A DNA stretch of 64,000 nt from Dimorphilus gyrociliatus (Eukaryota; Animalia; Annelida), in assembly GCA_904063045.1 (NCBI GenBank), contig CAJFCJ010000012.1:1302001-1366000 (forward strand). Direction: 5' to 3'. Positions 13,777 to 27,363 of this stretch are shown here, one piece after another. Numbering within the stretch: the first letter of the stretch is position 1; every line of letters starts with the position of its first letter. The position numbers and the translations under genes were made by a program. The notes beneath the pieces are model-generated. The model searched no databases, was not told the DNA's origin, and saw only the letters and a list, made by a program, of their open reading frames with translations.

Positions 13777-14379
13777 TTCATAATAGTGCTAACCGATAAT
13801 AGCCGTCGACTCGTTTGAAAGCCGCGTCACTTTTTTCCTCCACTCCAACCGAAATCCGACGCCATCTACAGGCGGCCAAGTGACAATGATATATTGATTT
13901 CTCGCTGACGCGTTCTAATTGGATTAGTGATTTCTCTGTTTGTTCAACGGAGGAGACGAAACAGGAGTTAAGGATAAAATTGAAAGTAATCATAGTGGAT
14001 TTCTATATAACCAGGTCTCTAATAACGATATCTCTTACTACTAGTGTTTGTATGCCATACACGTTGGTCATAAACTGATCCCTTTTATAGTCACAGATAG
14101 TATGTGACAGGTAATAACTCGTCAGAAAACTAATTACATGCCTCATGTTGGACTTTTAGCAACAAATAATACTTGTACAAAATTCAGTATAATCCGTAAA
14201 GTATATATCACATACCATATCAACCTCATAAAATATCATACCATCCAGCAAGGTATAATCTCATTGTTGGCCTAAATTATAACTGCTTGATATAACCCTC
14301 ATAAATAATTTCATGCAACATACAACACGTGTATAAGCTGTATATATACAATATAAAATGTATTTAAATAAAGATATGT

Positions 14380-14415
<36 letters not shown>

Positions 14416-15555
14416 TTAAGAATTGGTCTATTACGCGAACATCGATAGAGACTTAGATTAGAAAAAAAACTATAAAAGTGCTTATAGCATAATGGGAATA
14501 GAGTAAACAAGATTATTTACCTCTATTACTCCAACTTTTTAAGAAAACACAACAGCTAAATGATATTAAATGTTTCTATTTCTATTATTTCACTTCAAAA
14601 AATGAAATATTTAATAATATCCGTTTTAAAAGACAGTTAATTATCTTTATTTCAAAAATCATTGTTTTAATACCAACATAAAAAAAGATATAATTGATAT
14701 TACTTTTCCTATCATTATTTATGCTACCGCCCACACTGCCTTTTCCTTCTCGTCCTCCTCCCACTCCCTATTCTAATTAGGGAGAGAACGACCGAAACCG
14801 CTTAGATGGAAATTAATTTATCTTCTCACGAAAACTTTATATTTACACGATTCTTTTTTTTTTTACTCTTTTCATCCAGTTCCCTTGACAAGTAAACTCT
14901 TCCTTTATATATATATAAGTATTTATATACTTCTGAGGCCCAATATTCCCATGATTCTCAATAGCTTATCTTCTCATCTCAACAATTAATGTAAAACCTC
15001 GTCGTTTTGGAGTTTTGACAAATACTAACATGCTTGTTTCAATTTCTTTGAATTAATTATATATTCTTTATCTAATCGTTCTCTCTCGTTAAATAATTGA
15101 TGAAGTAATCTCATTTTATTGTTATTGACCTTCAAAATAGTTGCCGTAAAGTGAAATGATTAACCATGGGAAAACGTTTGTTTTGGAATTAAAGAAAGAT
15201 AAAAGAGTTTTAAATGACAAGAAAGGCTTTTTCCAATGACAAGCGCCATGTGGACAAAACAACATCGATATCTTTTTAATTATTTCTAAGAGATTTAGAA
15301 ACTATTTTATGTCGCTTGTTATTTATTTGATAAATGAGAATAGAATAATAATGACACATTCTAACTTAAATTTCTTGACTTAAAGCGTTTACCTCTTTAC
15401 ATTTATTATATTTAAGTAGCTTATTGAATGATTATAATATACTCATTATAAGCGAAACTCTTTATTTACCTGGTGATGTAATTCAATATTTATTGAACAG
15501 GCTCTTCTTGCTTACTTGTTGCTATATTACATCTTTCTTTTTAGATCGTATAGCA

Positions 15556-15937
15556 ATGGCCAGTGGTGAAAATATAAAAAAACCTTTATTGTATAAATTA
15601 TTTGGCAAATGTTCTAAAAGCTCCTCGACAGAGCCGATCAATCCTTCGAAGAGGCTAAGTGGAACGTTCTCCTATGGATTTTTTTCTCCCAAGCCTTTCC
15701 GGTGAGTAAGAAATAGATCATTTGATATACTCTCAAGTATATCATTTTTTGTTGACTTTGCCTACTCTTTCTAGGCCTTGCCGAAAAAAAAGGATAAGGA
15801 GGGTTGATAGCCACAAAAGAGAACTGTATCGTTTAGGAAATTTCAAAAGGAGAAACGAGGATATTACGAAGAAGCGGGAAATCTTAGTTTTAATCATACA
15901 TCTTGGGGGAAAATTGAATAAAATGCGAAAAACCTGA
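15556..15937 (+). CDS. Small Lys/Arg-rich orphan protein (~100 aa), 2 coding exons
   Basis: ATG at 15556 (MASGENIKK). Donor CG|gtgagt at 15702 and acceptor tttctag| at 15774 (73-nt intron) join in the only frame that stays open to TGA at 15937. No homology recognised. Confidence 0.4.
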
Positions 15938-16575
15938 ATTTTCCCAGAGAAGAAGTCTTTTCATGTGACATACTACGATTTACATGTAGAATTGAATTGG
16001 ACTGTGTTGACCAGCCAGAGTTCAACAACCATTCAGAAAAGTATAGTAAAGTTATTTAATTTAAAATCAGGCAATGGGGACTTCAAAAGGAGGAAAAGAG
16101 GAAAAATGAAATTGTAAGCGCTTATTTATAGCTGAAAATCGTATTCATTCCATCATGCGCAAATTCCCTCAGATTATAATATAATAAAGAATAGAGAGGG
16201 AGAAAAAGTTACTGTCAAATCTGTCTTTAGACGCCATCTACCGATGAAACATAAACTACAATGTAATCTTGAATTAAATCTTGAGGTTTTTGCTTTATAT
16301 TTCCAAATTGAATATAAAAGTTATTATGGCACTATAAATACAATGAACATATGCCTTTTTAGTAAATGATGCATATGTTAAAGTCTATCATACAAAAAAA
16401 ACACAATTATCCTATGTATATAAGTAATGAAAGTTATAATAAACAAGTTAAAATAGACTGTTAAACAGCACCAATAAGGCAAACGAAGTAGTAAAATGAA
16501 AAGAAAACAGGAAAGAAAAAACAAAAGGTAACATAAAGCAATACCAATTTTAAATAATCAATATGAGAATGAAGG

Positions 16576-19500
16576 CTAACGCCTTTTCAACAGCTTCTCC
16601 TCTGCAAACTGACAAAGGCAGAGCGTGTGCTTGACATGCCGTACGTCCTCGGCCGGTTTGTCCATCTTTTTAACAAGTAATTTGGTGTATTCGGCGCTGA
16701 AAGATAACAATTTCTCTTCGGTTGTATCGTGTATCGTTGTTCCAGCTTCGTTATCTGATAGATTGCAGTTAGGCATTGAATTCAGTTCATGTTCGTCGTA
16801 TTCGAAAGTTGGATTAGCATTTCCTGTTTGGCCGGATAATAAAACTTCTTGGAAATGACCCTGAAAGACGTTATTGATTAGTATTTAGTAGCAAATTGCT
16901 GGTGTTATATACTAACCAAACACGGCCCGACTTCGTAATAAAAGAAATGGATCTGTTTTAGTAATAGTTGAGGAAGATATATCGATTCTAGTTTGTATAA
17001 GAAATAAATATATCGGCTATATACTTAAATATATATAGAAGTCATCTGTCTAAGAGCTTACGTATAAAGATAATATCACATATATTTATACATAAATTTA
17101 CCAATTTATATCTATATATAGCTGTAGATATAGATATAGATATGTACGTATACAGTATATCCATATTATTGTTTTATCTCTATGCTTAAAAATATCTATT
17201 ATAATATATACATTTTAAGTATTGTTTAAATAAACGCTCTTAGTATTGTAAACAAAAAGGATACGTAATATTTATTGCAGTCGGCGATAGATAAATCCTC
17301 CATTCCTATTAGAACGTTATGTCTAACGAAAATGGAGTTGATGGACGATAATTCGGCAGCCATTAACCGGTTCATCTGTTGTATGAGTATTGAGGAAATA
17401 GAAAGAAAATTTTTTGTCTATTAATTTGAGCTAGTAAGCCTACTTACCCTCCTTCTTGACAAGTAAGAGACAACTAAATAGAAAGATAAGGATGTTAGCC
17501 ATATTAAACAACCATGTATGTATTCCAATCCCGTATTAGCTGGTGCACTGCTAACGAACAACTGCACTTCGACGAATGGAATAATTGTTAAGCAGAGAAC
17601 GAAGAAGGAAGTGAAGAAGACGGCGGCGGCAGGTGCCGAAAAACAACATAGATGGCAACGTGCCTTGAAAGACTGCATCAGATTACTGATAGCTTTAGCG
17701 TACTCATCGTTCGGTATTTGTAGTCCGTGCGCCATAAGCTCTTCGGGCAATTCCGATTCGATTTGTTCTCTACCACAACAGCCGCATCGTGATCTATAGC
17801 TTAGTAACAAGTGACCACTTTGTAGCGCCGGATTTACTCCAGCTAACCCTGGTGAATTCCTATTTGTATCTGTGCTTAATATGTGCACAGAATCTGTTGG
17901 AGTTAACCAATTGATTAATTTATTCCACCAACCAACAGTACTAGCATTTAAAGAAAAAACGTCAGTAAATATAAAAGGTAGTTCGACTTCTTGCACAATT
18001 AATAGCATAAAATCCGATTTAAATCCTTTAAAGTTCAATTCGGGTAAAACTTCCAATTCGCAAGCAGCCCATAAATCCGTTAGCATCATTGAACTTATTA
18101 TAAATATTGTTTTCGCTGAATTACGAACACCTTGAACAACACACTCAGCTAATGATAAATCAGGATCTGCGTGGAAAAGGTCGTCTTGGTTAAAGCACTT
18201 AAAACCATATCTTGTCGATTCTAGGTGTTCCTGAACACTTTTTCCCATTTCCGAATCATGAACGTGCCATACCAAAAAGATCCTATTTTCGTTGTTCGTG
18301 TCCTTGAGCGAAACCTGCAAATCGATAGGAAATTCATTTTCGAAACGCATGACGCGTGTCGATCTCGAAAAAAATTGCTCTCGTTCCATATTTTAAATGC
18401 AATTAGAGAATTTACAATGAAAGCCTTGTAAAAATATAAAAGAGACCAATCTAGAAAGAAATTCTTAACGGTAATATTAAGTAAAAGTAACGTTAAGGTG
18501 AAGAATATAGAAAGGAAGAGAGGAGAGAGGTTAACGACAGTTGCGGTAATCGAATAACTAAATCTTCTTTTTGTAAAGTAGTCATTTCTTTAAATTACAA
18601 ATACCTTCTAACTCTATTTATAAGTATTTTCCTTTCATTAGAGAGAGAGAAAAAAAAGGATCCATAAGTGAAAATTGAAAAAGGTTTATCTGTCTTTTCT
18701 CATTGCCTTCCCGTTTTACTCCGCTCATTTTCTCCGCCCCTTCGACAATAACTATTCCCCAACCATCTCACCCCTTCTATCTGAAAATTATGATATAAAA
18801 GAATCTACTATCCAATATTTTACAATTTACAATCAATCAAATCATTATCAAAATAGTAGTCAATATTTTACGGCAAGCGTTTATTTCCCAAAAGATCTAT
18901 TATCGAATCGGCTTATGTATCGCCAAACTATATAGGCGGTTTAATTAGGCGTGTATGGTAATCGGTTTTTCTTTCTCTTCTTTCGCTTTTCTTTTATTCA
19001 TAATACGAAGACAAATAGGAATATTAAATTTACGCTTTTTGTCTTTAATATTTATCCTTATCAACTTAGCACCAAGCTAGTAGAAATTACATTAAAGCTA
19101 GTCGCAGATGCGAACCCTCGTCCGTCTGTTTACAACTAGGCCTATGGATCTGTCTTGAGTCAATATAAAATGTACAGAATTGTAATAAATGAACGTAGAA
19201 TAAGATGAAAAAAATTTTAGTATGCTGTAATGAGAATACAAAACACAGACGATGAAAGCTTGGACAAGACGGAAGCGTAATGTCAGGTAGGGCGCTTTCT
19301 TTTATTCGGTAGCCTACTAAGTGCGTAGCAATGAAGAGATTCGTAAAAATAGAAAATACTCTAACCTTAAAAACTTACATATACAAATTCTTATATTATT
19401 TTTAATATAACCACAGATATTTCTCTCTTTGGTAGTCATCCGTAAAAAAAGATAATAAGCTCTTCTCCCCTTTTTTTACTTAAATAACTAGAAGTTAAGA

Positions 19501-19808
19501 TGGAGAAACAAATCCAAGATCGGGGAAGACAGCGAATAGATTAATCACACAAGTCGACCGTTCTAGAATCTCTCAGTCTAAGAACATACTCGTCAGACGT
19601 TCCATGAAACGTAAAGTTCGAGCAAAGCAAGAAAAGAAAATAGAAAAAACTGAACGTTTTAATTAATTCAATCGGGATAAACTTTCATCTATCGTAAACA
19701 TTTAGAGTGTCTTTGACTGTTGAATATCGATAACTCATTAAAACCTACCCTATTAGTAAGTCCATCAAATTCATCATCGTCGGTTTCGGGCAATTCGCCG
19801 TAGTTCAT
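16576..19808 (-). CDS. TIR-domain + TMEM268-like two-pass membrane protein
   Basis: Exons about 19808-19749 (MNYGELPETDDDEFDGLTNR), 18314-17448, 17375-17265, 16952-16917, 16860-16576, all phase 0. TIR-like RIFLVW..D...FKCFNQDDLF...SAKTIFIIS...WAACEL; two hydrophobic helices; C-terminal RH..HTLCLCQFAE resembles the TMEM268 RH...CxCQxxE tail. Confidence 0.78.
16953..17264 (-). other. U12-type (minor spliceosome) GT-AG intron
   Basis: 5' splice site GTATCCTTTT at 17264. Branch-like TTCCTCAAC at 16975-16967, about 15 nt before the AG at 16953. No polypyrimidine tract. Splicing keeps the frame. Confidence 0.75.
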
Positions 19809-22800
19809 CGTCTACCGTCATTTGCCACAGCGGCGTCTATTATTGGCGGCGCTGTAATTCGCGACGCCGATTTGCTCACCTCCCGTTTCTTAACGACTTT
19901 AATCGAATAATTTAAAATTCCCTTGTACAGATCACGTACGTCTATTCATTAGGAAATTTACGACATGCCAGCTTCATAAAACTTTATTCCTTTTTATTCT
20001 TCGATTTTATTTTTTTTTTTATTAATTTTTTCTAATTTTGACGTTTCTTTTCTTAGTTTCCTCTTCCCTGTCATTTTCCTGTCACATTTATGCATAATTT
20101 CCCTGAACTTGCCAACAACTTATCACTCATAGGAAGAAATACAGTATACAGTAAAGTATAAGCGTTCGATAAATAATATCGGCTAACTTTGCAGTCACTT
20201 TCGTAAATTCAATTTACGGGTAAACAGTTTAGCGAGATGATCGCCGAAGCTGCGGGCCGTTTTTCCTCGCTTCATTTGAAAAGCTTGTCAATTGAAATTA
20301 AGGAGAATTCACATAACCCACCCGTCTCATTTCTATCACTAGCAGGAATAATTTCCTACCCATTTTACCAGAAATCTTCATTCTCCCATACATTCTCTCA
20401 ATCTATCATTTTCAGCTTTCTCTATTATTTGCAAACATAAAGAGAGAAAAAAATCTGTCATTTCTGTTATATCTACCCCGAAAGCGACATCTGCGGGCGA
20501 CAAGGGCTCGCCGAAATTGTTACTTTTTCGCAGTAGGATTACGGTCTCGGCTAATTCGTTGACGTAATTTTCCCCCGTAAAAGCCCGGCGGTGAATAGTT
20601 GCAATTTAAAGGATTCTATCTACGTCGGTATTCTCCGTTCCGGCTAACTTCCTTTAACACTTCTTCGCCTATCGGAAACGTATGTCCTCCTTGCATGGCG
20701 AAATAGAATGAATTACATAGAGCGTTACGTTGTTTCTTAATCTATGTTACTTTATATGTATATGAAAAAGCTATTTAACAAAATATCGGAGCCTGAGGAG
20801 AACAAATCTATTAACTTTTCCTTTCGTGCAACAAGATTTCTAGGGGGTCTTTCATTGGTTTTTAAAGGTCTACATCTAGCTTATTCTTTTGTTCATTTAA
20901 ACCCGTACTTATCCCATTCCAATTTGTTCATAAGTGAAATACTAAATCATCCTCAAAAAAACACACCCTTAATGGAACGACAAAATCTGCTAGTGACATG
21001 TGACGTCATCGGTCAATGTTTCCGATCGGTTTCCTCGCTTGGAAACTCAGTGGATGCCGATCAATACAGGACGGACGAACGGTGGGAACTTTCTATACTT
21101 TAAGCTCGACAAGCGGGATTAAAATTACGCCATCTATCGAGTTGAATTCTATATTAAAGCTAAAAGAGTTAAAGATGTCAATATACACATCTTTAATATT
21201 CGTATTGAATAATTTAAGTTTAAAAGTCGTAAATAATTAGTTAGAAACTGGGTCATATTGTAAAGAGGTCCTAAAAAACTCATTCATTTTTATCTCCTTT
21301 CATTAGTAGCGGGTAGTTTTGATGTAATCCGCTCAACTGTAATATTCTGTATTAGCAACACCGAAAAACGTTTCGTTGTTTTTTCAAATTTATATAGTAG
21401 AGATATATCCTTTTTGTTTATTTCCATTCTTTCCGTTCATCATAATGCGATTGCATTCCGTTCGATTCCGCTCTTTCTCCTTCGGGCGTCACGGGAATAG
21501 ATTATTAGCATAAATTATAAACAGAAGACGAGCTATATATTCACAAGGGTGGGGATGTATACAGTAGATTCCAAAAAATTATTAATAATGCAACGAAATA
21601 GGAGAAGAATCATATTTAATTGTAGAAGAATTTCCCTATCGAAAAATTATTGTAAGAAACTTTCACTTCTGAATCCGGAGGCAGTCTTATCCAAAAAAAG
21701 GGAAACTTTACAACGAGCTGAATTGTCAATAAAGAATGAGGAAATTGGAATACTGATGATAAAACATAGGAAGAAAACTAGTCGCGCCTTCAGGGATTTT
21801 TAGAGTCTAAGAGAGCTTCTTTATCTTCTTCTCTACACACGTATTCATAATGCTACGATTTTCTGTCTAAATCTTAGTTTTCAAGTGTTAAAAGTTAAAT
21901 TTGATTGATTCATATACTTCCATTTTTCTCTCAAAGGCTTTTACGTGTATTACTCTCAATTTTTAATATTGTACGTCTATAAATATTTATATACAATAAA
22001 CCAGACTGACCATAATAACAACACAACCGTTAAATTCATCAGGAAATAAAATCCTTCCAGACGAATGGACTCTCATCTCTCAGAAATTTAACAATCAATT
22101 AATAAATGAGCCAAGTAAATAAATCAAGAGCAACTGGAGTAGCCTATTTTATACGTAAAAAAATATGATACAGATGACAGAGACAAAGACGAGATAAGCC
22201 GGTGATTGGAAAAAGAAAATCCAATAAGAAGATCCAATACGCCGAATTAATCCAACTGAGCACAAATTTTCTAAACTAAAAATGGTTGATCCCTAAGTCA
22301 GAATAGATACTCTCCAAAGAGACTTCTATCTAAAAGATGTGAACCCCGATTACTTAATACCCCAATTAATTCCATTTCATCGCACTTTCAAAGGGTATAA
22401 ATTATTCGTTCTTGAAAGCTTTTTATTCCGTTTTACCTTATCTAAGCATTATTGAATAAATTATAATTTTAAGATAATGATAATCTTTATTCTATCACAG
22501 AATTCCCTTAAGTAGATACTTTTAGACGCCAAAGCGGTAAATAGACGAATCCTCTCAGTTGAAAAAAAAAGATACTGTACAAATTATTGTTCTTTTATGC
22601 GATATAGTAATAGTGAATGTTCCTATCAATCAAGTTGACATGGAACACCTCTACAAGAAAAATTCGCAATTAGGAGAAAATACCGGATATTTCAACCTTT
22701 TATATTAAAAAACATCCCTATAATCTCAAAATAAGAGATAGTATGCCAGAGGCTATTTAAATATGCGTAGAGTACTTAATGGACTTATTAAGTAAGATAA

Positions 22801-25586
22801 TTTTGTCCTTCATCTAAAAGAACTCACTATGTTTTATTTGCATAATCAAAGAACATTTTTACTGCATTTCTCATTCTTTTTCCTCGATCTCTCTTTAGTA
22901 TATATGCCTTCAAAAACTCTCTATATTTCGATTTTTCTATCATCTTATTTACAATTTTTGTTATGAGCATATATCCAATATAATTGCATTAGATAAGACA
23001 ATTATACTTGCTGGTATTCCTTTAATAATTATTATACAGTATACTGCAAATTCTTTTCTATATACAAAATTCTAAACAATTTGTGTTTTGTTTCGTTAAT
23101 ACTAAACAGAGATATACGTTGGTTTAGTTCCCATCAAAATATTTTAGTACTCCATTAATAGAATGTCAAAGTGTTAAAAGGTAAAGAGAAACAGAGAATG
23201 ATATGTAAAAGTAAACGACTATTTTCAAATAAATATGAATAAGATGGAAAGAAACGAAGAGAAAAAAAGAGGGAATTTTTTTTCTTTTCAATTAGTAATT
23301 TGATGTATGCTGTGTTTTTTTTTGTTCTTTTTTTTTTAATATACTTAACTAATATAAAACGGAAATAAAAAAAAAAAATCTGATTAGAAAGTACTTATTT
23401 AGCATGTAAACACTAAGTATATAAAAAATGTATATAAAAAATTGCTAACCTGTTTGATATTTTCGTCTTTTACTCCTCCCTCCTCCATCCTTTGCTCGTA
23501 CGATTAGTAAACTGAAGTCAGTGGGCTTGAGGGACTTTAGCGCCACATATCCGCTGCTAAGAAATTCTTATATAATAAATAAGAAATATTTGCGATGACA
23601 GCTCTTTTTCTCTTTGTATATGTATTCGTTGGAGAAATAGATTGAGGTTTAATAGAGTGTTTTCTACTTTTTTTCTCGTATCATTTCACTCTTTCTTTAT
23701 ATCTTAATCATTCCAATGCCATTCCTTATCCTATTGGGGAATAACTAATAAAAAGAGAGTGAATAAATTACTTACAAGAATGGAATAGTTAAGTTGGCTA
23801 CTAGAAAAGAGGATTTGACACTTCAATTAAGAATGCATCATTCTAAGTAAGCCTTGAGAGGATCGCGCTTTACGATTTACGGTTTGCGGGTACCCATCTG
23901 CAAGTTTTGCTCTAACAGTTAAGAGACAAATATTGCCAAACATCCCTTAGTAAATCATGTCACGAACAACCGTATAAACGGCAAGCAATACAACAAATCT
24001 TTTAAAAAGCTAGCAGATAAAGAAAAAGGAATTCTGACAAGTCTTATAATTCCTAATGAATAGCTATAAAACATTACAAATAGAAACAGAAAGAGACTTT
24101 GCTTCTTTTTTCAAAAATCTGAAATAGAAAGGTCGAATCGCTTTTATCTCTGTCAAACTTTTTTAAAGAGTAACAAATTAATGCGATAGTTCATCAATAA
24201 CCTTATCCGTATTATTTATAGCCTCTTTCACAGTCCTAGGATGTGACCTGAATAAATAAATTTCAGTCAAATTTAGATAGTCCTACTATATTCTTTGACA
24301 ATGTCTTTTATATTTGCAGTCTAATTAGTCGTTTTTTAGAAAGGGCGAATACAAAAAGAGCTTTTTTTGAGTGTTCTTTTCTCCTTTCCAATGTCATTTT
24401 CATTAAAAAAAAAACCACAGAAACTATATAAAGTCAATAAGCGACAGTCGTCGAATAGCTGTACAAACCCGTCAAATAACTTTCTCTTGGGAATATTCAC
24501 GATTTGACAATCGAAAGTGTTTGTTATACTTCTGGGTCTAGTCCTCTTATATGAGCTTATATTAATATAATCTTCTTTTAAAATAAATTCAATTACATAT
24601 GAAATCTGCGAATGATTTGATAGAAAAATGCAATACTACTACAGAGTAGCGTGTAATGTCAATTGCGCATCAGGATGAAAGTGGAATAGTAAATTACTAA
24701 TATTTTAGTATTGTACTCTAAAGCTTTCAGCTGGCCGGAAAATATCGAATCGGGTAGTTTAAATGATTATATACAAAAACTACAAAAAGCCTTCAATTAG
24801 TTATCAAGTCGTTGAATCCAGAAACGAACCTTTGGTTAAATTGTAACAAATTTAATATAATTAATGAGCAAAAAGAAAGGCAAATTTTCTAATAGTATTA
24901 TAGTATTAGCAGTATGCTTATTGAATCTACTCCTTTTCTCTTTCAGTTGCCTTTTAGTGTTTTTTTTTTAAATATATTTAATGAAGCTAATTATATAAGC
25001 TTTCCGCATTTAAGATTGTCTTTCCTGCGCTTTTAATGTATTAGGTAGATTCCTGTCATTTTCGAATACCTCTCATGTTATTATATATCGACTATTCTAT
25101 AGTTCAGATGTCAGCACTTTCGATTACTTTGAGCTAAGTCTGTTGTTTATTAGCTGCTCTTTGTCAAAAATTTTCGTTGAAGATACGCTACTTGTAGTTG
25201 GTTGAATAAATAATGTATACGAGTAATTAATCAAACTTGCAGTAAAATGATTTATGGCTTATAGAATTCTATAACTTTCCTTCAAACTTAAAGAATTCCT
25301 GACAAGTCTAATAAGAATGAATTCCTTATTATATAACTTATTATGAATGTTATGACGAATGGCTCCAAATAACCCAAAGAAACTGATCATGGTCACGCTA
25401 GCCGCCTTATTACTTACTTCGATTATTGTAACATTGCTTCTTCTTACTGATGAATGATAAAACACAAAACAAGCAGCTGCAGCAAAAACAAAATTGTTTT
25501 GTTATTCGTACCTTTTAGAGATCATTGCACTTAGACAAGGTAAAAAATGCCAGCAATAATATAAATTAACTATTTAAATGCAATTT

Positions 25587-27148
25587 TCAATCTTTATTTT
25601 TAATAGCTTTCTTCTTTTTCAACTTTTTCTTTTTCTTCTTCTTCAACTTTTCTTCTACAGCTTTTTTTGCTTCATCAATATCGTCTTCTTCATCACTATG
25701 TGTTTGTTTAATACAAGCAACTTCGATATTTGAAGATTCTTCAATGTCTTCACCGTCTATTAATTTTCGAATACAAGGTACATTATATAAATTTAGAACT
25801 CTTATTTCATTATGGCCTCCAACAACAACTGTTGTTGGCTTTTCTGGACGAGAAGATAAACAATGCAGAGGCCCCATTCCCAAGTCCTATAAGTAAAAGA
25901 ATCAAAATATAAAAGATATATATTATTTGTTTAAAAGATGTCTATTTTTCCAACCTTTTCGTACAATAAAGAAAACTCATTTTCCTGATTTCCAATACGG
26001 ACGAAATTATCCTGCCCAACTGTCGCTAGTACGTTTTTCATAGGAATTGATAAACCAGTGACAGCCTTATCATGAATTTTTGAGCATAAGAGAGGTTTGT
26101 CACTTCTCACATCCATCCTATACACGTGGCCTGAATCTGAGGAGGCACACAGGTAAAATGGATCAAAAGTGTCCCAGCAAACCCTTTCAATTTCACCAGG
26201 CATTTTCCAACATTTATTTGCAGTCTTAGGATCTCTGCAGTCAAATAGTCTAACAGTTTTATCAAAAGATCCAGTCAATAAGCACTGTTGCTCCCTACAA
26301 TGCCACTTTACAGCTTGTATTTTATCTTCGTGTGGTAAAGAGACGACAGTTTTTCCCTCGGTTAAATCCCATATACCAACAGTGCAATCAGCTGACGCAC
26401 TCGCTAATATTTGACGTTGGTTGGTATTCCACGAGAGACCGAGCACAGCATCAGAGTGACCCTCTTGTGAGACTTTTTTCTTTTTGCCTTTACGCTTTTT
26501 CTCTACTTGACCCATAAGTGTAAAAGCGGGTTCCATTGTGTCAACGACATCAAGGTCCCAAATTTCAATGTGCGGTAGCATACTACCAACAGCGACTAAA
26601 TTTCCAGGATTTGCCTCACCAGGATCGAAATTCAGCCATTCGGCACAAAGTGGAAAAGTAGGCAAAATGTAGTCGTGGTGACAAAACATATTTCCTTCTT
26701 TTTCATTATATAAGAATACTTCTAAACTAAATAGATCTCCTGAGACTTTGGGAACAATTATGAAATTATCGTCATCTTCAACTTTCATATCTTCATCACT
26801 TAATTCTTCTTCTGGTAAAATTGGCTCCGTCATATAAGGGTCCTTGTCATTATTGGTGTGATAGACGAAATCCTTCAAATCAAAGTGTTCTTTTTGCTCT
26901 TCATCTTCGTCATCTTCAAACTCATCATCTTCTTCAATTGTCTTTTCTTTTTTTTTCGTCGTCTTTAGAACACGTTTTCGCTTTCTATTACTATCCTCAT
27001 TTATTTCATCTTCTAGTTCATCATTGCTATCTAAATTAGCTGATTTTGCAAATAAATTGCACAATTCTTCGCTGCTTGGTTTCAACTTGTCAGGTAGGGT
27101 CTTAGCAGCTCCTTGAGGAACCCATGCTATATCTGGTATTACATCCAT
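25587..27148 (-). CDS. PWP1: Periodic tryptophan protein 1 homolog (WD40, nucleolar)
   Basis: 405-aa ORF with IAWVPQG, CHHDYILPTFPLCAEWLNFDPG, GNLVAVGSM, HSDAVLGLSWN, LASASAD; second exon from about 25890 to 25587 with an acidic/poly-Lys tail. Confidence 0.95.
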
Positions 27149-27325
27149 GCTTGAGCGATATTAGGGAGTTGCGGAGATCCGAAATTGGGCTGATTAATAT
27201 TTTCGTAAAAAAAATTAAAAACTTAATAAAAATGAAACATATGGTCATATTTAATATAAAATTTTAAAAAATTTATTCATCGAAAATATCTTGGGATTGG
27301 AAGTTACATGACCAGTTCGCTGCTG

Positions 27326-27349
27326 ATTGGATAGGTTTGGTGGGGCGAT
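27326..27349 (+). promoter_or_regulatory. Inverted CCAAT box plus SRE-like element in the PWP1/SREBP bidirectional promoter
   Basis: ATTGG at 27326-27330; GTGGGGCGAT at 27340-27349 (reverse complement ATCGCCCCAC, one mismatch to SRE ATCACCCCAC), 15 nt before the SREBP ATG. Confidence 0.45.
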
Positions 27350-27363
27350 GTTGTAAAACAAAC

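Noticed and set aside
13307-13993. ORFs at 13307-13543 and 13778-13993
   Set aside because: The first is intronic and low-complexity; the second stops 1 nt before the real ATG and has no homology, at most a uORF.
18315-18389. ORF-track start MEREQFF for the TIR gene
   Set aside because: A strong acceptor at 18315 and an upstream phase-0 exon at 19808-19749 suggest this part is intronic.
25259-25465. Minus-strand ORF with SFFGLFGAIRHN, faintly tetraspanin-like
   Set aside because: No supporting exons or other tetraspanin motifs; it lies in the PWP1 3' region.
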